Shown here: piece by piece, positions 37,824 through 45,833 of the stretch | Position numbering within the stretch: the first letter of the stretch is position 1 | How the letters are laid out: each line of letters starts with the position of its first letter | Assembly: GCA_965221775.1 (NCBI GenBank) | Contig: CBDCSU010000006.1 | Coordinates: forward strand, 960,001 to 1,024,000 | DNA length: 64,000 bases | Source of the DNA: Candidatus Latescibacterota bacterium | GTDB taxonomy: Bacteria; Latescibacterota; UBA2968; UBA8231 | Reading direction: 5' to 3' | The notes under the pieces: model-generated | The model's input: only the letters and a program-made list of their open reading frames with translations | Database searches by the model: none | Told to the model about the DNA's origin: nothing | Position numbers and translations under genes: made by a program

Positions 37824-37976
37824 GCTGACCTCCTGTTAACCGCCCAACTGTGAGCCCTGCTCGAGACGGGACTATCCTAACCCATCCGGGCAGCCGAGCC
37901 CAGTCCGTCCAAGTTCATCTGCGTCCGCGGCCGCTTTCGCGGTCGTGCACTTGTGTCGCGACCTCCACGCCGGCCT

Positions 37977-38072
37977 CAATCGGTGGTGGAGTGTCCTATG
38001 GCTGTCTGGACCTGGACGTGTTGAAGTACTTCGCGGAGCGCTCTCCGAGAACGATCGGTTCCGCGACTTCAT
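37977..38072 (-). pseudogene. Frameshifted, truncated ParE/RelE-like toxin remnant
   Basis: ATGA overlap with the antitoxin stop; MKSR then, shifted by one base, TDRSRRALREVLQHVQVQ...*, resembling MKSRTTxRFRxxxxxLPxHVQ toxin N-termini. Confidence 0.5.
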
Positions 38073-38287
38073 GAGCCATGTGATTCGAGCGGCTCGGTCT
38101 TGCCTGCCCGGTACTCTGCAAGAGCCTCATCGGCAAGGCCGGACAACTGCTCTGCATTCAAGTCGAATGCGCGCTCCCACCGGCGCTCTGACTCGAACTC
38201 CGCCATCAACACGGCCGCAATCGCGTCTTGCTCCTCACTGGAGAGCTTCTTGAGTTCCGAGATCGCCTTTTCCAGAAGTTGAGTCAT
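38069..38287 (-). CDS. Type II antitoxin-like protein (72 aa)
   Basis: RBS GGAGG; MTQLLEKAISELKKLSSEEQDAIAA...RWERAF..LADEALAEYRAGKTEPL, typical of ParE/RelE-associated antitoxins. Confidence 0.7.
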   Translation of the reverse strand: MTQLLEKAISELKKLSSEEQDAIAAVLMAEFESERRWERAFDLNAEQLSGLADEALAEYRAGKTEPLESHGS

Positions 38288-38528
38288 CAGGGGCCTCCAT
38301 GGCAGGTGTGCAAGAACGCCGATCCTGCTGACCTGTCCCAGGGCGCCCCGTGCGCGGAGGCCCGCCAAGTCCCATGCGCAACTCATGCACACGCGACTCC
38401 GGCCGCACGCAAGGATTGCGCACTGTCACCGGCGTTGAGTGCACGGCCGGTCCGGCAGGCTATTGGAGGAGGCTGCTCTCGTGCAGCGCGGACAACGTGG
38501 ATCGGTGCAGTGGGGTGGTTGGCTCGGA

Positions 38529-38560
38529 GGGCCGCCGGCCCGGGGACAGGCCGGCGGCCC
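38529..38560. terminator. 12-bp GC hairpin downstream of the small peptide gene
   Basis: GGGCCGCCGGCC-N8-GGCCGGCGGCCC; no clear U-tract on the minus strand. Confidence 0.45.
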
Positions 38561-38589
38561 GGGGGAAAAGCGGGGGGTGTTCGCCAGAC

Positions 38590-38706
38590 TCAGGCGCTTC
38601 GCGCCAGGATGACGCTGGCGTAGTGGGAGAAGGCGGAGAGTCCGGCGTAGCAGGACACGATGGCCGCGGGAACGGCGATCTCTCTGACGAATCGAAACCT
38701 CTTCAT
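38590..38706 (-). CDS. 38-aa small hydrophobic protein
   Basis: GGAGG RBS 6 nt before ATG; MKRFRFVREIAVPAAIVSCYAGLSAFSHYASVILARSA*; below the ORF-track length cutoff. Confidence 0.65.
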   Translation of the reverse strand: MKRFRFVREIAVPAAIVSCYAGLSAFSHYASVILARSA

Positions 38707-38751
38707 GGTGGTCCTCCACTACTTGAGGGGTGAGTGTTCACCCTGCTTGAC

Positions 38752-38768
38752 TGCAATCGCCGTGCCAG
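38752..38768 (-). promoter_or_regulatory. Sigma-54 (-24/-12) promoter
   Basis: CTGGCACG-GCGA-TTGCA matches the YTGGCACG-N4-TTGCW consensus, 45 nt upstream of the peptide ATG. Confidence 0.8.
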
Positions 38769-38931
38769 TCCTTTTCTCCCGTGACCGGCCTCGGACAACG
38801 GTTTCCGGCAGCGGACACGGAACCCCGCCGGACCTCCGACCGCTGCATCCGTCCCGATCAACCGCTTTTCGCGGGGGCTTCACGGGGTTAGTCTCAAGTG
38901 GCAGGCAAGGTTCCCCCGGGACACCCGAACG

Positions 38932-40546
38932 ATGTTGGCACTCCCTCGACAGGTACTCCTGCTCTCCCTGGCCGGCCCCGCCGCGGCCGCGGCCGGGATG
39001 GCGCTGCACGCCCTCTTCGGGGAGCGGATCGTGCTGGCCATGTACGAGCAGCGCATGCCGGTGGCGCTGCTGAACGAGATCATCACCGGCCAGTCCATCC
39101 ACCCGGTGGGCTACCACCTGGAGCGGGCCGACGCCCTGGTCATGCGGGGGGCGCTGCTGCTGTTGGCCAGCGGTCCCGCCACCGGCGCCTGGATGTGGCT
39201 CTCCCGCGGCCTCCCCGCCCCCTGGAGCCGGCCGCTGGCGGGCGGCCTGCTGCTGTCCACCGCCTTCGTCTGCGGGATCTTCCTCCTCGAGGCGCCGCTC
39301 TTCGAGGTCCTGCCGGGGTGGTTCTGGCCGCTCCACACGACGGCGCTGCCGTGGGTCTGGCTGTGGGCGCCGCTGGCCGCCGGCACCGCGGCGGTGGCGG
39401 CGGTCGTTCTGCGGGCCCCCGGGCGCCGGCTCCGGAACGTGGTGCTCCTCGTCGTCTGGGGGGCCTGCATCCACCACGGGCTGGCGCTCACGGAGGGCCG
39501 CGGCCTCGACGTCCTGCGGAGCCGCTTCACCGACTCCGGGCACGGTGTCTTCGCCCGCGCCGCCGTCGAGCAGCCGAGTCTGTGGCGGGTGCTGACGCGC
39601 TACGACGAGCTGCTGGACGACGGCGAGCTGTCCCCCTTCTTCCACGCCACCAAGCCGCCGGGGCTGCAGGTCTTTCTCGGATTCGTCGAGCGCCTCGGGC
39701 GCGGCGTGCCGGGGCTGCCGGACGACCCCCTGCGGAGGCTGGCCACCTTCGCTGCCTTGGTGCTGCCGCTGCTGGCGTACGCAGCCGTGGTCCCCCTGTA
39801 CGCCCTGGCCCTCCGCTTCACCGACGACCGCGGCGCCCTGACCGCGGCCCTGCTCTACGTGCTGGCCCCCAGCGTCGGGCTCATCGGCATGCACGCCGAC
39901 CACTACCTGCACCCGCTGCTGGCCACGGCCTGCCTCTACCTGGCCGCCCGCGCCCTGCAGGACGGCGGCCTCTGGCCAGCCGCCCTGGCCGGGGCCGCCT
40001 TCTACCTGACCACGTGGGTCTCCTTCGCCCTGGCGCCCCTGGCCGTGGTGCCCCTCGCCCTGGCCTGGACGAACCGGAAAGCGGCGCCGGTCCTCTCGAG
40101 GCTCGCCGTTGCGGCCTGGGCCGCGGCCGGGTTCGCGGCGGCTCACGCGGTCATGACGGTGGTCTGCGGCTACGATGCCTGGCAGCGATTCGCGCAGGCC
40201 ATGGCTGTCCACGAGATCGCCAAGGCCGTCGAGTGGAGCCCGGGGAACCGCCTCTACTACGGCGCCCTCAACCTGCTGGAATTCGCCCTCTGGAGCGGCC
40301 CGGCGCTGGTCCTGCTGTGCGTTGCGGAGTTGCGGAGAGGGATCGGGGCGCCGGGAGCGGGACTGCTGTGCCTGCTGGCCTGCATGGCCGTCTTCGGCTC
40401 CACGGCGGGAGAGAGCGCGCGGCTGTGGATCTTCGCCCTGCCCCTGGCCGTCCTGTGCGCGGCCCTCTACCTCGGCCGCCGGCCCGACGAGGGGGGCCGC
40501 CTCCTGGGCCTGGCGCTGGCGATGCAGGGGATCCTGATGCTGGTGC

Positions 40547-40572
<26 letters not shown>
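38932..40572 (+). CDS. Multi-pass membrane protein, putative GT-C (PMT-like) glycosyltransferase
   Basis: Many TM segments; HATKPPG and GESARLWIF motifs. Confidence 0.6.
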
Positions 40573-40996
<424 letters not shown>

Positions 40997-41009
40997 GGCG
41001 TCAGCGGCT

Positions 41010-42881
41010 TCAGGGCTCGCGCTCGAAGGTGCCGGATCCGGCGAAGTTCGTCGCGTCGCGCCAGTCGGGCTGCCACCACAACTGGGCCAGGGGACCCGTC
41101 TCCTCATCGAAGTCGTCGACGGCGATGTTGATCCGCACCCGGCGCCAGTCCTTGCCCTGGCGGTGCTCGACGTATCTCAGGGGGATGGAGACCTCGTACG
41201 CGTGGCCCGTCGGGGTGGGGATGCCCACGGCCTGCACGCCGAGGGAGTCCAGCTCCTCCGGAGCCACCAGGAGCATCTCCTCCAGCCGCTCGCCCGGGCT
41301 GATGGCGACGAAGACGCGCTCCTCCACGGAGCGGCTGGCGTCGCGTCCCCGGGAGCGCTCCGGGTCGGAACGGCCGTCGACGCGCAGCTCCAGCCCGTCC
41401 TGGGACCAGGCGTTGCCGCCGAGGTAGATGCGGCGCTCGTCGGTGACGTCCACGGCGACGTAGAGGTTGTCGTCGTCGTACTCGACGCCGAAGCGCCAGG
41501 AGCAGTCCTCCGGCCCGGTCCAGGAGTCCGCGTCGACGTCGATCTCGGCCGGTTCCGGCACGTGGAAGGCGAGCCGGTCCCAGTCGCTCAGGTCGCCGTC
41601 GATGGCGGGAGGGGCGGCGGTGCGCCGGGGCAGCTGGTAGATGCGGCTCACGACCATGGGGGAACGGCCGTCCACGGCGGGGATTTCGAACTCGTCCTGC
41701 ACGTACTCGGCCTGCCACTCCAACTGCAGCGGCGTCAGCTCGTCCACGTCCCGCTCCCCCTTCGTGGAGATCTCGAGGTCGATCCGTTCCACCGAGTTCT
41801 GGGGCAGCTCCCGGTCGATGGAGGCCGGCGACGGAACCAGCAGCGCGTGCCTGGCGAAACGGGCCGAGATGCGCAAGGGCACGTCGCCGTCGTTGGTGAG
41901 GCGGACGGAGGTGACGCCGCCGGCGAAGCGCTGCGAGCGGCCCATGATCGGCTCGACGACGACGGCGCGGCCCCGGATCAGGGGCTCCACGAGGCGCGCC
42001 ATCTCCTCGGTGCGGATGCTCTCGTCCCAGATGCCGTCGAGCATGAGGTTGGCGATGCGCGGGCCGTCGTCGGTCATCGTCACCCAAACCACGTGGTCGA
42101 ACTGGCCGTAGAGCGGCCCCGCCAGGGAGCTGCCGCCGCCGGTGGTGGCCAGCACGAAGTAGCGGCTGTCGTTGCGCACGTGCCGGGTGTAGCGGTGGAA
42201 GTGTCCGGCGAAGACGGTGTGCCGCCGCCCGGCGAGCAGCTCCTCCACTTCGGCCCAGCCCGTGTCCCGCAACTCGCCATCGTCGGCGTAGTTCCACAGG
42301 GGCTTGTGGACGAAGACCAAGGTCCAGCGCACGCCGCGGTGCTCGTCGAGCACGCCGGCCAGCCAGTCGCGCTGCTCGGGCCCGACGTTGGCCGGTTCCC
42401 CGTCCTCGGAGTTGAGGGCGACGAAGAGCACGTCGCGGTAGACGAAGGAGTAGTAGGCGCGGCCGAGGCGCTCGGCCCAGACCTCGGCCATGACGTCGTT
42501 GGAGATGTCGTGATTGCCCGGCAGGTAGAAGAAGGGCATGTCGAGGGCGTCGACGAAGGCGTCGAACTCGTCCCACTCGGCGTCGAGGGTTTCCCTGCTC
42601 TCGGTGTAGCCCTCGATCAGGTCGCCCACGCTCATGACGAACTCGGGCTGCAGCAGGTTGAGCTTGCCCACGGCATCGGCGAAGACGCCCTCCCGGTGGC
42701 CGCCGGTGCGGTCGGCGACGATGGCGAACTGGAAGTGGTCCGGGTCGTTGCGCAGGTCCAGGTGGGTCCACGGGTTGACCTGCTCGACCTCGATGCGCGG
42801 ACGGTCGGCGCTCTCGGCGGAGGCGAGGGCGGCGAGGGCGAGGATCAGGACCGGTGCGGCGGCGGCCGGCATTCTTGGCAT
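41010..42881 (-). CDS. Secreted calcineurin-like metallophosphoesterase with C-terminal CBM9-like domain
   Basis: Signal peptide; ADRTG, GDLIEG, PGNHD, FVHKP, FAGHFH; IDGDLSDW, DGLELRVDG. Confidence 0.85.
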   Translation of the reverse strand: MPRMPAAAAPVLILALAALASAESADRPRIEVEQVNPWTHLDLRNDPDHFQFAIVADRTGGHREGVFADAVGKLNLLQPEFVMSVGDLIEGYTESRETLDAEWDEFDAFVDALDMPFFYLPGNHDISNDVMAEVWAERLGRAYYSFVYRDVLFVALNSEDGEPANVGPEQRDWLAGVLDEHRGVRWTLVFVHKPLWNYADDGELRDTGWAEVEELLAGRRHTVFAGHFHRYTRHVRNDSRYFVLATTGGGSSLAGPLYGQFDHVVWVTMTDDGPRIANLMLDGIWDESIRTEEMARLVEPLIRGRAVVVEPIMGRSQRFAGGVTSVRLTNDGDVPLRISARFARHALLVPSPASIDRELPQNSVERIDLEISTKGERDVDELTPLQLEWQAEYVQDEFEIPAVDGRSPMVVSRIYQLPRRTAAPPAIDGDLSDWDRLAFHVPEPAEIDVDADSWTGPEDCSWRFGVEYDDDNLYVAVDVTDERRIYLGGNAWSQDGLELRVDGRSDPERSRGRDASRSVEERVFVAISPGERLEEMLLVAPEELDSLGVQAVGIPTPTGHAYEVSIPLRYVEHRQGKDWRRVRINIAVDDFDEETGPLAQLWWQPDWRDATNFAGSGTFEREP

Positions 42882-43216
42882 TGGGTGGGCTCCACGGTGG
42901 CGGGGGAAGCGAGTCTTGCAGGACCGATGCCCGAAGGGACCGGGGCGTTCCGGACGGTGTATGGGATACGTCGGCCAGCAGTACAGTGGCAACCCCGGTC
43001 CCGCGGCCTGCGCGCCCCGCCCGGGCGGCCGGGCTTCCTCCGGGGCCGGAGGCCTGCCGGGTTGGCGGGCGGCCTCCGCGAGCGGATGGGGCCGGTTGGC
43101 GGACCACGGTCCCGCGGCCTGCGGCCTTGCCGGCAGCCCGGCTCCCCCGCGGGCGGACGCAGGCCGGTTGGCGGGTCCCGCTCAGGGGCGGTACATATAG
43201 GCCGCGTCCCCGAGTC

Positions 43217-44194
43217 ATGAGCGAATGCCATCCCGAAGCCGGTCTGCCGGCCGACTTTCTCTCCCGCGTGGAGCGGCTGCTGCCCGCCGCGCGCCTGGAC
43301 GGCTGGCGCCGCTCCCTGGGATCTCCGCCGTCAGCGGCCTTCCGCGTCAACACGCTGATGGCCGCCGAGGAGGAAACCGTGGCCGAGCTGCGGCGGGATG
43401 GGATCACCCCCCGGCCCCTGGAGTGGCCCCCGGGGGCCTGGGTGGCGGCGGCGGACCAGCGGCGCGCCCTGGTCGACAGCGGCGCCGCCCGCGAGGGGCG
43501 CGTGTACGTGCAGAACCCGTCGAGCATGGTGCCCGTCCTGCTGCTCGACCCGCAACCGGGGGAGGAGATCCTCGACCTGGCGGCGGCGCCGGGCGGCAAG
43601 ACGGTGCAGATCGCCGGACGCATGGACAACCGCGGACGCATCGCCGCGGTGGAGTCGGTGAAGGCGCGCTTCCACCGGCTGCGGCGCAACCTGGAGCGCT
43701 GCGGGGTCACCATCGCCCGGACCTACCTGGCCGACGGCGGCGGCGTGGGGCGCAAGGTGCCGGAGCGCTTCGACCGGGTGCTGCTCGACGCGCCGTGCAC
43801 CTCCGAGGGCCGCTTCCGCGCCGGCGACCTGGCCAGCTTCCGCTACTGGGGGCCGAAGAAGATCCGCGACATGGCGCGCAAGCAGAAGCAACTGGCCATC
43901 TCCGCGGTGCGCGCCCTCAAGCCCGGGGGCGTCCTCGTGTACTGCACCTGCACCCTGGCGCCGGAGGAGAACGAAGCCGTCGTCGACGGACTCCTCGAAC
44001 GCTTCGGGGAGGCCCTGAAGGTCGAGGCTCTCGACCTGCCGGAAGCGTTTGCGGAGCCCGCCCTGCCGGAGTGGGAGGGGCGGAGCTTCCAGGCGGCGGT
44101 GGGCCGTTGCGCGCGCCTGGCCCCCGACGAGACGCGGGAGGCGTTCTTCGCGGCGCGGCTGCGCAAGCTCGAGAGCACGGAGGCGGACGGATGA
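43217..44194 (+). CDS. RsmB/RsmF/NOP2-family RNA m5C methyltransferase
   Basis: YVQNPSSM, LDLAAAPGGKT, DRVLLDAPCTSEG, LVYCTCTLAPEENE. Confidence 0.92.
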   Translation: MSECHPEAGLPADFLSRVERLLPAARLDGWRRSLGSPPSAAFRVNTLMAAEEETVAELRRDGITPRPLEWPPGAWVAAADQRRALVDSGAAREGRVYVQNPSSMVPVLLLDPQPGEEILDLAAAPGGKTVQIAGRMDNRGRIAAVESVKARFHRLRRNLERCGVTIARTYLADGGGVGRKVPERFDRVLLDAPCTSEGRFRAGDLASFRYWGPKKIRDMARKQKQLAISAVRALKPGGVLVYCTCTLAPEENEAVVDGLLERFGEALKVEALDLPEAFAEPALPEWEGRSFQAAVGRCARLAPDETREAFFAARLRKLESTEADG

Positions 44195-44271
44195 GGGCGG
44201 CGGCCCTGACGGCGGCGCATGCGCGAGAGCACGGAGGCGGCGGCGTGAGGCCCGCTATCCTGACGGCGGCG
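44170..44271 (+). repeat. Imperfect 54-bp tandem duplication spanning a gene junction
   Basis: CGAGAGCACGGAGGCGG...TGAGG...CTGACGGCGGCG starts at both 44170 and 44224. Confidence 0.75.
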
Positions 44272-44730
44272 GTCCTGGGGGTGTGGGCCTGGGGCTGCGG
44301 CGACGCCGAGGACCCCCTGCGCTGGCGGGACCCGGAGGAGCTGCGCACCGTGCTGCTGATCGAGTCGGCGCCGCCGGGGCTGAGCGAGGCGGTGGTGGTC
44401 GACTCGGCGAGCTGGTTCCCGGCGGCGCTGCTGCCCACCGGCAACGAGAACGACGTCGAGGTGGAGGGGCCCTTCCGCATCGGGTTCCGCAACACCTCGG
44501 ATCAGCCGCTGCAGATGCGCTACGATCTGCGGTTCTTCGAGGAAGGCGGCTTCCTGGTCGACTGGTTCATCCCCTTCGGCCAGCCGGTGGTCTTCGCCGC
44601 CGGGGAGGCCGTTGTCGAAGAGGGCACCTTCCTGGTGCGCACCACGCCGACCATCGGCCGTTTCGGCCTGGCGGAGATGCGCATCGGAGCGCGCCTGACC
44701 TTTCCGGACCAACAGGAGGAGGAGAAATGA
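44191..44730 (+). CDS. Hypothetical lipoprotein (alternative start GTG 44245)
   Basis: ATGA overlap; VLGVWAWGC lipobox; MRYDLRFF beta-rich domain. Confidence 0.65.
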   Translation: MRAAALTAAHAREHGGGGVRPAILTAAVLGVWAWGCGDAEDPLRWRDPEELRTVLLIESAPPGLSEAVVVDSASWFPAALLPTGNENDVEVEGPFRIGFRNTSDQPLQMRYDLRFFEEGGFLVDWFIPFGQPVVFAAGEAVVEEGTFLVRTTPTIGRFGLAEMRIGARLTFPDQQEEEK

Positions 44731-45821
44731 GCGATTACCGCGGCGCCGTCATCGGCCTGGGCTGGATGGGCATGCTCTACGACCTCGCCCGGCGCCAGGG
44801 CACCTGGAACGTGGACGACATCGAACGGCCGACGCCGGAGCTGGACCTGCACCGGCGCTTCCACCATCACACCCACCCGGGCACGGAAGGCCTGCCCACC
44901 TCCTACGCCGAGGCCCTGCACGACCGGCCCGAGATCGAGCTGACGGCCGCCGCCGAGCGCGACCGCAAGCGCCTGCGGGCGTTCTCCGAGCGCTACGGCG
45001 TGCAGGCCCTCTACACCGACGCCGCGGAGATGCTGCGCGCCGAGCGCCCCGACATCGTCGCCGTCGCCACCAACGTCAAGCACCGGGCCGACCTCACCTG
45101 CCTGGCCGTCGAGTGCGGCGCCAAGGGGATCTTCACCGAGAAGCCGATGGCCCACACCCTCGAGGAGGCGGACCGCATGGTGAGCACCTGCGCCGCCGCC
45201 GGGGTGCCCCTGAGCTGCGGCTCCATCACCACCACCCATCCCTCCTTCGCCCGGGCCCGCCAGCTGCTGCGGGACGGCGACCTGGGGACACTGGTCTCCA
45301 TCGAGGCCTCCGGCCCCGCCGCCCAGCACCAGAACTGGTCGTACTTCCTCGACAGCCGGCCCGCCTGGGTGGCCGGCACCGGCGATCAGCCGCGGCGCGA
45401 GACCGGCAGCGACGAGTTCACCGGCCAGGGGATGATGGTCTGCGAGGACGGCCTCGTCGTGCACTTCCGCCGGGGCGCCCCCGGGGTGCGGCTCACCGGC
45501 GGCGGCGGCGAGATGTGGTTCGACTACCTGGAGGGGTGGCGGCGGACGCAGGACGTGGAGGTGGACGACGGCGTGCGGCGCACCCCCATGCCGTGGCCGA
45601 AGCCGCAGTTCGTGCCCCCCTACGGCGGCATCTACACCCTCAACGACGTGATGGACTGCCTCGCCGGGCGCCTGGACGAGCCCAAGAACTCGGGCCGCCG
45701 GGTGGCCGCGGCCCTGGAGGTGGAGATCGCCCTCAAGCTCTCCTCGGCCAACGGCGGGCAGCGCGTCGACCTGCCCCTGGCCGACCGCTCCCTCGGCCTG
45801 AACTACGACTGGTTCCGGTAG
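44727..45821 (+). CDS. Gfo/Idh/MocA family oxidoreductase
   Basis: RBS GGAGG; AVIGLGWMG, PDIVAVAT, FTEKPMA. Confidence 0.88.
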   Translation: MSDYRGAVIGLGWMGMLYDLARRQGTWNVDDIERPTPELDLHRRFHHHTHPGTEGLPTSYAEALHDRPEIELTAAAERDRKRLRAFSERYGVQALYTDAAEMLRAERPDIVAVATNVKHRADLTCLAVECGAKGIFTEKPMAHTLEEADRMVSTCAAAGVPLSCGSITTTHPSFARARQLLRDGDLGTLVSIEASGPAAQHQNWSYFLDSRPAWVAGTGDQPRRETGSDEFTGQGMMVCEDGLVVHFRRGAPGVRLTGGGGEMWFDYLEGWRRTQDVEVDDGVRRTPMPWPKPQFVPPYGGIYTLNDVMDCLAGRLDEPKNSGRRVAAALEVEIALKLSSANGGQRVDLPLADRSLGLNYDWFR

Positions 45822-45833
45822 GCCCCGCCGCCG

